From the IMG/VR virus record IMGVR_UViG_3300025674_000290, positions 1 through 27,648 of that record: a stretch of DNA of 27,648 nucleotides; one strand, written 5' to 3'. The notes under the pieces were generated by a model that was given only the letters and a program-made list of their open reading frames with translations, was not told the DNA's origin and searched no databases. This document shows, one piece after another, positions 6,892 to 14,299 of this stretch (its first letter is position 1; each line of letters starts with the position of its first letter). A program made the translations under genes and the position numbers. This stretch comes from a virus. Its lineage: Duplodnaviria > Caudoviricetes.

Positions 6892-8580
6892 TTAACTCCA
6901 AAGAAGAGTGTTATTAGAACGTTTACGTTTATAAAAGCTATCAGTAAACTTTGTTAACTCTTCTTGTAGTAGTTCTTGTTTTCTATCGTACATATTCTTG
7001 TTAACATCAGCAGCCATTTGTTCTACCCAATAAGCAACAGCAATAGCTAACGCATCCAAACGGTCATCATGAGCCAGACTACCCCGTTCTCTTGTTATCC
7101 GTGATAGTTGATAGAATAACATATACCTAGCTTGAGACTCTATAGGATACGTTAACGCAGACTGGTAGTCGTTAGAGATAACTTTAGGATCAACAATAAG
7201 ACGATGACTGTTAAGTACAGGTTCAAGAGTATCAACAATCCTTAGTTCTTTTTGTTTACTACTACGTACTTCTTCTATGGTCACAGGATATTCATTACGA
7301 AACAACGGTTTAATCAGTTCCATAAACATACCGTCACCAAAGTTAGACTCTATAACGATCTTGTTAACTTTGTTGTTTTTAGCAATGGAGACGAGACGTT
7401 TTAACGTCACCTCGTCGTACCCTCCTTTAATACCACCAGCATCTGGTACAAACAACTGACTGTTAAGCATCTTTACGACAGCGTAAGCCGTTTCGTCTTT
7501 ACCCCGTCCAGAAGGATCAATAGACATGACAGACCCTGTGTACGGTATTAGTTCTCCTACAAGACTGCTAGGACGTTTGTAGCGGTCTCCTGCCAGTCCT
7601 ACATTAGGTAGTGTTCTATCTGCTTTCTCAGGGTCACTGGACCACACGATCTTTTCAGGGGCGGTATCAACGTCAACGTCGTGAATGATAAGGTCGTTAA
7701 TCTTTAGGGGATAACGGTCACGATCACTCAGCTTAGGGTTTAACATGAACTGCAACGCAAACCCGGTACGACCGTAAGACAGCTGACGTTCTTCAAGGTC
7801 CATATCACTGAAGCGTAAGGGTTCTGTGGATGTGCCTGTGGTCTCAGGAGTTATGTTATCTCGTATAAAGGGTGCAAGGGCTGGACCGTAGTTGTTATCA
7901 GCGTCCTCCTCCTTTGGGTATTGTGCGGGCCATACACGCTGCTCATAGCCCCTCTCTGCCAGTTTAGTGTACAGGCTGTCCTCGCATTGGGGTGTACCAA
8001 GAAATACAATCCTAGAGCTTTCTAGAGGCTTTATAATAGAATCAAACTCTTTGACGGCTTCGTCCAGCTTATCCCGTAGTCCTTGTGTTTGAGAGTTAGA
8101 CGGTACTTCTACGTCGTCAGCTACGATTATATCAGCACGGGAACCAGTCAGCTGGGATGTTACTCCTAACGACTTAACGGAGGGTGCGTGAGAAGCAGGA
8201 GCACCGTTAACGTCAAAAGCTATCTTACTGAACCGTTGGTTCTCTGATGGTTGTAGATGTTGTAGGCATGGGATGTCCTGTATCAGACGTAATGTAAAAG
8301 TGGAGAAGTCATCTGATCTATTCTTACTGGCAGACACAACAAGTATGTTTTTTGTTTGGTCAAGTAGTAGTTGATGAACAACAAATGCTGAGGTTATCCA
8401 GCTCTTACCACACCCACGAAATGCTTGAATAACGGAACGACGGGGTCCATTTTGCAAGTATAAAGCCATGTCGTACTGTAACGGAGTAGGGTCAGGCAGG
8501 TTAAGGTGTCGCCAAACAAGACACAGAAAGTTTCTAAAGTCTCGTAGTTGTGGTGGTATCTCTTGGTGTTTCTTCTTCAT
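6892..8580 (-). CDS. terL: Terminase large subunit (DNA maturase B)
   Basis: Walker A AFRGCGKS, LTGSRAD, Walker B IIVADDVE, nuclease motifs IDPSGRGKDET and HDDRLDALA as in T7 gp19. Start ATG 8580 (562 aa) is preferred over 8718. Confidence 0.97.
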   Translation of the reverse strand: MKKKHQEIPPQLRDFRNFLCLVWRHLNLPDPTPLQYDMALYLQNGPRRSVIQAFRGCGKSWITSAFVVHQLLLDQTKNILVVSASKNRSDDFSTFTLRLIQDIPCLQHLQPSENQRFSKIAFDVNGAPASHAPSVKSLGVTSQLTGSRADIIVADDVEVPSNSQTQGLRDKLDEAVKEFDSIIKPLESSRIVFLGTPQCEDSLYTKLAERGYEQRVWPAQYPKEEDADNNYGPALAPFIRDNITPETTGTSTEPLRFSDMDLEERQLSYGRTGFALQFMLNPKLSDRDRYPLKINDLIIHDVDVDTAPEKIVWSSDPEKADRTLPNVGLAGDRYKRPSSLVGELIPYTGSVMSIDPSGRGKDETAYAVVKMLNSQLFVPDAGGIKGGYDEVTLKRLVSIAKNNKVNKIVIESNFGDGMFMELIKPLFRNEYPVTIEEVRSSKQKELRIVDTLEPVLNSHRLIVDPKVISNDYQSALTYPIESQARYMLFYQLSRITRERGSLAHDDRLDALAIAVAYWVEQMAADVNKNMYDRKQELLQEELTKFTDSFYKRKRSNNTLLWS

Positions 8581-8586
8581 CGTATC

Positions 8587-8624
8587 AAATAAAAAGGAGC
8601 CGACGTTATGATGCCGACTCCTTT
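8587..8624 (-). terminator. Rho-independent terminator between terS and terL
   Basis: Minus RNA AAAGGAGUCGGCAU-CAUA-ACGUCGGCUCCUUU followed by UUAUUU. Two G-U pairs form only on the minus strand. Confidence 0.75.
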
Positions 8625-8650
8625 GAAGTATAAGGGAATGTAGTAAGAAG

Positions 8651-8905
8651 TTAAAGTTGTTTCTCGATGGGTATATCGTCTTGTTGTTCTTGAGGGAACG
8701 GTAACGCTTTGAACTCATTAGCTAAATCGTTAACAGGAGTACCACTACGATTATCTACCGTGATGTTGTTATCCTTTAACCATTTACCGACAGCGTTCAT
8801 AAGAGCCGGGTTGTATTCCTCCATAGCTTTCATGTAACCTACTGCACCTTTGCACAGATCAGTATAACTGTCTGCAAGTTTAGCTCCTTCTACGTGATCC
8901 TTCAT
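8651..8905 (-). CDS. terS: Terminase small subunit (DNA maturase A)
   Basis: 84 aa directly upstream of terL; PALMNAVGKWLKDNNI...P...L...LPF pattern of gp18-like proteins. Confidence 0.8.
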   Translation of the reverse strand: MKDHVEGAKLADSYTDLCKGAVGYMKAMEEYNPALMNAVGKWLKDNNITVDNRSGTPVNDLANEFKALPFPQEQQDDIPIEKQL

Positions 8906-8910
8906 AAGTA

Positions 8911-9108
8911 TTATTTGTTGTCTCTCGGCATCTCAGAGTGGTCACCACGTCCGTTCATATTGTTAAGGATTCGTGTTACCCACATCTGTAAAAGAGCGGA
9001 GGAGCTGAGACCGAGCGTATTAGCGATCCCAGCTACCTCCTTCTTTTGTGAGCTTGTGAGACGAAAAGTTAGAGATGCAGTATCTCTTTTTTTACCTTTC
9101 GCACTCAT
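8911..9108 (-). CDS. Ribbon-helix-helix DNA-binding protein (CopG/RelB/DinJ-like)
   Basis: SLTFRL strand, helix, then LGLSSSALL turn and second helix. Confidence 0.75.
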   Translation of the reverse strand: MSAKGKKRDTASLTFRLTSSQKKEVAGIANTLGLSSSALLQMWVTRILNNMNGRGDHSEMPRDNK

Positions 9109-9124
9109 TAAGCAAACTCAAGTG

Positions 9125-10306
9125 TTAGGCCATTGCAGCTGTAAAGTCAGCCAATGATCCAAGATTGTTACCGTCACCAAGAACAACGTCGTTAGCTTTA
9201 ACGTCGATCAAGGTAGCACTGCTGTCGTCTCCACTGATGTCAGTAGAAGTAGCACCAGCTGAAGTTTTGTAGAAAGCGAACTTATCTTCACCTTCGTCGT
9301 AAACAGCAGCGATGTTACCGTCGTCAGAAGAACCACGCTCAATGATAAACCCAGCGTCGTTACCGTTGTTAGCCGAGGAACCAGCTCCGTCATTGAGAAG
9401 CATGATAGCGTCTTTAACTTGGGAGTTGGTTGTTTCAAGCGAGGTAGTTGTACCTTGAACAGTTAAGTTACCGCTAAGTACAAGGTTAGTTCCGCTTACG
9501 TCTCCAGTAAAGGAAGCACCACTAAGATTAGCTTTTGTGCTATCAAGATTGGAAACAGCAGCTGCACGAGTGGAAGCTTCAGCGTCAATGTTAGCTTGAA
9601 GGGTTGTATCAGCAGATGATCTGGCAGTAGCTTCACCACTAACAGCAGCGATACGAGCAGTTTCTTCAGCGTCAATATTGGACTGTAAAGTCGTATCAGC
9701 AGAAGCTCTAGCAGAAGCCTCGTCATTGATGTTTGTTTGAAGGGTCGAGTCAGCGGATTGACGGGCAGTCTCTTCAGCATCAATGTTGCTTTGGAGAGTT
9801 GTGTCAGCACTAGCACGAGAAGAAGCTTCACTATCAATGTTAGACTGAAGGGTGGTATCGGCAGATGCACGAGTACTTGCTTCAGAAGAGATAGCGTCAG
9901 CGTTAGTTTTGATCTGTGCATCGAGAGCTTCGTCAGCAGCAACCAAAGAACCAGCAGATGTGATGTAGTTGGTTGAGGAGTTAGCTGTGTAAGACCCGTC
10001 CGATCCAAGACCAGCACCAGTCTCAACAGCGTCTACGGCTGCTTGAAGAGCGGTGTCAGCGGATGCTCTGCTGCTTGCTTCACTGTCAATGTTACCTTGT
10101 AAGGTAGTATCAGCAGACGCACGGCTAGAAGCTTCGCTGTCGATGTTAGATTGCAGGGTAGAGTCAGCACTTGCACGACTGGAGGCTTCCGAATCAATGT
10201 TCGTTTGTAATGTAGCTTCAGCAGCTTCTGCACGTGAAGTTTCTACGGCAATAGCACTTTTGGTCGATTGACCGATTTGATAGAATATAGATGATGTATC
10301 TGGCAT
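9125..10306 (-). CDS. Coiled-coil fibre protein with 18-aa repeats
   Basis: About 9-10 copies of EASSRASADTTLQSNIDS; C-terminal GNLTVQGTTT...D-x-G-x-x-I-ERG fibre-type domain. Confidence 0.8.
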   Translation of the reverse strand: MPDTSSIFYQIGQSTKSAIAVETSRAEAAEATLQTNIDSEASSRASADSTLQSNIDSEASSRASADTTLQGNIDSEASSRASADTALQAAVDAVETGAGLGSDGSYTANSSTNYITSAGSLVAADEALDAQIKTNADAISSEASTRASADTTLQSNIDSEASSRASADTTLQSNIDAEETARQSADSTLQTNINDEASARASADTTLQSNIDAEETARIAAVSGEATARSSADTTLQANIDAEASTRAAAVSNLDSTKANLSGASFTGDVSGTNLVLSGNLTVQGTTTSLETTNSQVKDAIMLLNDGAGSSANNGNDAGFIIERGSSDDGNIAAVYDEGEDKFAFYKTSAGATSTDISGDDSSATLIDVKANDVVLGDGNNLGSLADFTAAMA

Positions 10307-10343
10307 ATTATTTATTAACTATAGTTAGTATTGATGGTTAAAG

Positions 10344-10487
10344 TTAAGCAGTACCATCCGAAACAAGCTCTGTCCAAGCAGACCCGTCCCAAATGATAAT
10401 CTTATTAGTGTCCGTCTCAAAGTATGTTTCACCAGCAGTTGGTGAAGCGGGACGGGTGGATGATGTGACTGTATTTAAAGTAGCCAT
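10344..10487 (-). CDS. 47-aa fibre adaptor module
   Basis: Manual translation MATLNTVTSSTRPASPTAGETYFETDTNKIIIWDGSAWTELVSDGTA. Confidence 0.8.
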   Translation of the reverse strand: MATLNTVTSSTRPASPTAGETYFETDTNKIIIWDGSAWTELVSDGTA

Positions 10488-10491
10488 TGTC

Positions 10492-10728
10492 TTATAGTTC
10501 CTCCATAGGTTGTGTCCAAGCTTCCCCTGCCAACACGGTCAACATAGCCGAGTGAGAGAGTGTATCTTTTCCGTATAGGCATCGTGGTTTAGCTCCTTCG
10601 TATTTAACAAAGGTCTGATCACCCGCCACGTTATATCTTAGTGTGTCCACTGATGTTTCAAGTACTTCGTCAAAGTTAACGGTACTTACTTCATCAGCAT
10701 TTAGAATTACATATTGTCTATTGCTCAT
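10492..10728 (-). CDS. Small conserved protein following the LamG fibre gene (possible chaperone)
   Basis: 78 aa, tightly packed; function inferred from position only. Confidence 0.7.
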   Translation of the reverse strand: MSNRQYVILNADEVSTVNFDEVLETSVDTLRYNVAGDQTFVKYEGAKPRCLYGKDTLSHSAMLTVLAGEAWTQPMEEL

Positions 10729-10741
10729 AGTGTTTTAATGG

Positions 10742-11629
10742 TTACGCAACATAGATGCTGTCAGGTGCTGTGCTTAGATCGTAAAAGGTTGGGCTATTAA
10801 CAAGCGTACCGTCGTTTCCTCCGCTTCCTTGGTCTGTGATTGTAGTTCCTGTGCCACCATCGTTATCACCCATTCTCCACCAGCTAACGGGATTAAGAGA
10901 AGATAAATCGTCAGGTGATCCGCTGTTGTATATACTAGTTATATCCGATGAACTCAATTCCGTATTAAAAATACCTACCTCATCTATATTACCTTGAAAC
11001 GGAAGGAAGATTTGACCAGAAGTGTCTAACGCACCGCCAATAATAAAATTATGCTGAGCGGTGGCGGTTGTTGTACTAGGTGCTGAAGAAAAATCTAATT
11101 GAGAACCATCCACATACAATCTTATTGATCCTGCTTGTGCACAAGTCACTGCTACATGATGCCAATTATTATCACTAATAGCATACGTACTTTGAGCATA
11201 AGCATTTGTACTTGATGTAGGAGCTATACGTGACCTTAGATAATCTAGACCACTCCTATTGTCGAACCAAAGCATAAAACCAACTCGACTTCCTGAATCC
11301 GTTGTATGCAAGATATATTGATTTCTAGCTAGTGTATAGTCTTGAAATTTTATCCAAGCAGAAATAGTAAAATTCATAGTCTGCTGCATGAAATCAAATT
11401 TATTTCCTGTGTCTACATAATCATTAGTTCCATCAAAGCTTACGCTGTAGGTGTTACTAAAACTAGAAGCTTCATTAGCAAACGTTCTCCACACTCCGCT
11501 GTCGTATACAACAATAGCACCTGCATCGGTACTACCAGCAGCTTTCAAATATAACTCACCATTCTTAGCGAGTCCGTTAGTTACCAGCGATGATTGTTCG
11601 CTGTCGTTAATTACTGTAATATCGCTCAT
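10742..11629 (-). CDS. Concanavalin A-like/LamG lectin-domain protein (candidate receptor-binding protein)
   Basis: FDGTNDYV, FTISAWIK, WHHVAVT, LYVDG, GNIDEVGIFN, WWRMGD...D-x-GS-x-x-NDGTL. Confidence 0.9.
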   Translation of the reverse strand: MSDITVINDSEQSSLVTNGLAKNGELYLKAAGSTDAGAIVVYDSGVWRTFANEASSFSNTYSVSFDGTNDYVDTGNKFDFMQQTMNFTISAWIKFQDYTLARNQYILHTTDSGSRVGFMLWFDNRSGLDYLRSRIAPTSSTNAYAQSTYAISDNNWHHVAVTCAQAGSIRLYVDGSQLDFSSAPSTTTATAQHNFIIGGALDTSGQIFLPFQGNIDEVGIFNTELSSSDITSIYNSGSPDDLSSLNPVSWWRMGDNDGGTGTTITDQGSGGNDGTLVNSPTFYDLSTAPDSIYVA

Positions 11630-11631
11630 GT

Positions 11632-11889
11632 TTAGCTGTTGTTATAGACTTGCCAGTTACTACCGTCAAATACGTAGAGATCGTAAGTATCGCTTCCGTA
11701 CATGATAGTGCCGACGTCGTCGCTTGTTCTTGCTGATATGTTAGCTGCCGTGTCTACATCGGGTGAAACGGTATCTTCAGGGAAGCCGAGAATAGACTTT
11801 AAGAAGTCCGTCACAGCGTCCGTTTTATCTACCTTGTCATCCAACTTCGACTTAACGGTCTGCCCGATTTGTTGAAGTATGTTAGCCAT
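11632..11889 (-). CDS. Small fibre adaptor protein, 85 aa
   Basis: N-terminal QQIGQTVK; C-terminal ARTSDDVGTIMYGSDTYDLYVFDGSNW. Confidence 0.8.
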   Translation of the reverse strand: MANILQQIGQTVKSKLDDKVDKTDAVTDFLKSILGFPEDTVSPDVDTAANISARTSDDVGTIMYGSDTYDLYVFDGSNWQVYNNS

Positions 11890-11929
11890 TAGTGATTATA
11901 TTTTTATGTTAGTGATTATTGATTGTCAA
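11889..11929 (-). promoter_or_regulatory. Candidate internal promoter with 11-bp direct repeats
   Basis: Minus TTGACA (11929-11924)-N17-TAAAAA, with TATAAT 6 nt further on; TTAGTGATTAT at 11889 and 11909. Confidence 0.4.
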
Positions 11930-11931
11930 AA

Positions 11932-12126
11932 CTATTGAGCAGCTTGCCATCCTGAGCTTGTAAATACATACAATTTATTAGTGTCCGTGGCAAAAGCCAT
12001 CGTTCCTAATTCGTCGTCAGTCCTTGCTTGAATATTACTCTCGGTGTCCAGAATAGCCTTGCTAGTGCTAGTAAGAGATATTAATAAGTTCCTGACACTC
12101 TGTCCCATTTGATACCATACGCTCAT
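11932..12126 (-). CDS. Small fibre adaptor protein, 64 aa (paralog of 11632-11889)
   Basis: YQMGQSVR and ARTDDELGTMAFATDTNKLYVFTSSGW. Confidence 0.8.
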   Translation of the reverse strand: MSVWYQMGQSVRNLLISLTSTSKAILDTESNIQARTDDELGTMAFATDTNKLYVFTSSGWQAAQ

Positions 12127-12173
12127 ATTTTGCTTTCATTTTTATTAGGTTAAATCCGACTCTTGTTAGAGTA

Positions 12174-12410
12174 TCATGGATCACCTGTCAAGCCTTCAAG
12201 AAATTCTGCGTGATCTCCCACCTCTTCTTCACGTGCATCTAGGAAGTACGGAAGGTCATTCCAAGCAGTCGTCCCGTCTCCTATCTTAATACGATTACGG
12301 TCAGCATCTAACTCAATAGCGACTTCCCCTTCTAGCAGTACAGGGTTCTCTTCCTGCCACTCAGCATAAGTACCACGTCTTAATTGTATACGTTTTGTAA
12401 AACTAGGCAT
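12174..12410 (-). CDS. Mtd-N/hyaluronidase-N-like small tail protein, 78 aa
   Basis: From ATG 12410: RIQLRRGTYAEWQEENPVLLEGE...KIGDGTTAWNDLPY. Confidence 0.85.
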   Translation of the reverse strand: MPSFTKRIQLRRGTYAEWQEENPVLLEGEVAIELDADRNRIKIGDGTTAWNDLPYFLDAREEEVGDHAEFLEGLTGDP

Positions 12411-12633
12411 CTGGTTGTCCTCCGTCGAATATATCAGTGTCGTCCAATACAGGACCACCCCCGTCAATAGTAACAAAAAATGGATCACTCTCCAGCGACC
12501 TAACCTTCGTTTGTAATTCGTCAGCTCTTTCTTTATTCTCAGTAGCTACAGCCGACGACGTAGCCGATATGGTACGCTGTTGAAAGCTTAACGGATTAGG
12601 ACGAACGACAGGTCTTCTAACAGGTCTAGCCAT
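12403..12633 (-). CDS. Hypothetical tail-associated protein, 76 aa
   Basis: C-terminal IDGG...FDGG motifs; stop overlaps the next start. Confidence 0.7.
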   Translation of the reverse strand: MARPVRRPVVRPNPLSFQQRTISATSSAVATENKERADELQTKVRSLESDPFFVTIDGGGPVLDDTDIFDGGQPDA

Positions 12634-12634
12634 C

Positions 12635-12913
12635 CTACCATTTTTTACAGGACCAATATCCCGCAGATAATTTTGATTTCTTTTGATCGCATTTATGTCT
12701 GGCTCTGAAAGAACGACGACGAGCTGGATCGCTTTTCTTAATAGTCATCTTAGCATCACCGAAACGAACGATGCGATGCTTACTACCTTCTTTAGCACAC
12801 ACAACAAACTTCTTCTTACCGTATCCGGGTTCACCTTTGCGTATGCGTCTAGGCTTGTTAATAGCTAAACCACGACGCTTACACCCCGTCATTGCTTTCT
12901 TTTTCTCAGCCAT
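12635..12913 (-). CDS. Small highly basic conserved phage protein, 92 aa
   Basis: From ATG 12913: V-x-FGD-x-x-M-x-I-K...P-x-RR-x-SFRARH-x-C...SAGYWSCKKW (recalled as DUF6321-like, unverified). Confidence 0.8.
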   Translation of the reverse strand: MAEKKKAMTGCKRRGLAINKPRRIRKGEPGYGKKKFVVCAKEGSKHRIVRFGDAKMTIKKSDPARRRSFRARHKCDQKKSKLSAGYWSCKKW

Positions 12914-13037
12914 TCTTCTTAGGGAACCCACGCTTCATGTTAGCGTAAGCTTTTGGCGATATAGTTGACTTCTTCTTACTACGGCTGATACCGAGTTTCT
13001 TTCTTCTGTTAATGTTTGCGTATAATCCTTTTGGCAT
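12906..13037 (-). CDS. 43-aa basic protein
   Basis: Manual translation MPKGLYANINRRKKLGISRSKKKSTISPKAYANMKRGFPKKNG; exactly fills the gap. Confidence 0.75.
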   Translation of the reverse strand: MPKGLYANINRRKKLGISRSKKKSTISPKAYANMKRGFPKKNG

Positions 13038-13039
13038 AT

Positions 13040-13291
13040 CTACCTCTTCATTAGTAGCTCCATCATACGATCAAGCTTAGTGTTTATCTCTTTAATATTT
13101 GTTTCAAGACCACCCATACGGTTCTCAACAGCAGTATCTCTTTCACTTTGTGCTGCCAGCTCCACCTCTATCTTAGTCAACCGTTTCTCGTCGTTCTCTA
13201 AGCGATCAGACAGTTTCTTTATCATCCAACCGATCACGGCAAGTATTACACCAAGAGCAGTATCTAAGAAGTGGGAGAGTGATTCAGTCAT
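13040..13291 (-). CDS. N-terminal TM plus coiled-coil protein (possible holin or lysis accessory)
   Basis: ALGVILAVIGWMIKK followed by a heptad-rich helix; lies between fibre and terminase genes. The holin role is a guess. Confidence 0.6.
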   Translation of the reverse strand: MTESLSHFLDTALGVILAVIGWMIKKLSDRLENDEKRLTKIEVELAAQSERDTAVENRMGGLETNIKEINTKLDRMMELLMKR

Positions 13292-13294
13292 TTA

Positions 13295-14011
13295 CTATCC
13301 TATAATTACTACATTAAGACCTACAGTATTTAAATTTGCGGTGTGTGAGCAATGTAAATCAAAACCATTAGCAGTTCTATTTTTAACTACTATAGAATCA
13401 GTTGTTGGTGAAGTAAACTCCCTACCGAGTACTACGGTATAACTGTCACCACTAGCTCTAGCACTGCTGAATGTTAAAGTATATACACCTACTGTTGCTG
13501 TACTTACGATAGCACTGAAGCCGTATACCCAAGTGACAGTACCAGCAGCAATTTCCTGAGCCAACGTACCTGTGCCAACATTACCGAAGAAACGAGCGTG
13601 AGCGACAGCAGTAGGAAAATTAACTTTATCTGCCGATACATTTGAATCTGCAATCTTATCAGTTGTTACAGCATCGTTAGCTATCTCAGTACTCGTAACA
13701 GCATTAGCAGCTATCTCGGTACTCGTAACAGCATTAGCAGCTATCTCGGTACTTGTAACAGCATTAGCAGCTATCTCGGTACTTGTAACAGCATTAGCAG
13801 CTATTTGAGCTGTATCAACAGCATCGTTATCTATCTCACTACCAGCAATCGTATCGCTTTTCTTTCGTAGCTCATGCCCACCAGCTGTACTGCCGTCGTG
13901 TACTACAACTGTATCTTTATCAGTATCTACTGTTACTTCTCCTTCAGCACCTGTGAAGCTACCGTGTTGTGCTGTGGTTCCTCTTCTTAATTTTACTTGT
14001 ATGTTTGGCAT
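13295..14011 (-). CDS. Tail fibre protein: Mtd-N-like head, IAANAVTSTE repeat shaft, small C-terminal beta domain
   Basis: VKLRRGTTAQHGSFTGAEGEVTVDTDKDTVVVHDG; 10-aa repeats. Confidence 0.85.
   Translation of the reverse strand: MPNIQVKLRRGTTAQHGSFTGAEGEVTVDTDKDTVVVHDGSTAGGHELRKKSDTIAGSEIDNDAVDTAQIAANAVTSTEIAANAVTSTEIAANAVTSTEIAANAVTSTEIANDAVTTDKIADSNVSADKVNFPTAVAHARFFGNVGTGTLAQEIAAGTVTWVYGFSAIVSTATVGVYTLTFSSARASGDSYTVVLGREFTSPTTDSIVVKNRTANGFDLHCSHTANLNTVGLNVVIIG
13681..13800. repeat. Four near-identical 30-bp tandem repeats
   Basis: CTATCTC(A/G)GTACT(C/T)GTAACAGCATTAGCAG x4 with degenerate flanking copies. Confidence 0.95.
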
Positions 14012-14023
14012 AGTTATATGTGG

Positions 14024-14299
14024 TTATGCGATTGATCCAAAGTCTAATGTTGTTGATAAGTTATCTGAGTCTACTACTCCGTTAGCAATAACAGTTGCAC
14101 CGTCTCCTGTAGACGTTACTTCTCCTGTATGGTTGGGGTGTGTATAAGCACCAGCACCTACAGCAATACCGCCTAATGTAGAACCGTCGTGTACGAATAA
14201 GTCCTTGGTGTCAGTGGTGTAAACAATTTCCCCTTCCTGTCCTGTAAACGCAGCGTTCTCAGCAGCTGTCCCTCTTCTTATTTGTACTTCAATACTCAT
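14024..14299 (-). CDS. Small Mtd-N-like tail protein, 91 aa
   Basis: VQIRRGTAAENAAFTGQEGEIVYTTDTKDLFVHDG; YTHPNHTGEVTSTGDGAT; ends LDFGSIA. Confidence 0.85.
   Translation of the reverse strand: MSIEVQIRRGTAAENAAFTGQEGEIVYTTDTKDLFVHDGSTLGGIAVGAGAYTHPNHTGEVTSTGDGATVIANGVVDSDNLSTTLDFGSIA

Noticed and set aside
8581-8718. 46-codon upstream extension of terL, or a terS-terL frameshift fusion
   Set aside because: It crosses a terminator and overlaps terS, and no slippery site is evident; terminase-like sequence begins after ATG 8580.
9208-10233. Alternative-frame ORFs (9208-9438, 9496-10026, 10033-10233) as overprinted genes or spanins
   Set aside because: Leu-rich shadows of the GCT/TCT-rich repetitive fibre gene; no lipobox or convincing starts.
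11887-11914. Second dif-like site (TTATGTTA)
   Set aside because: Only a partial XerD arm; no XerC-like arm at the right spacing.
13681-13800. CRISPR array
   Set aside because: The repeats are contiguous, in frame and have no spacers.
12174-14299. Diversity-generating retroelement, suggested by the Mtd-N-like domains
   Set aside because: No reverse transcriptase and no TR/VR pair differing at adenines seen in the window.
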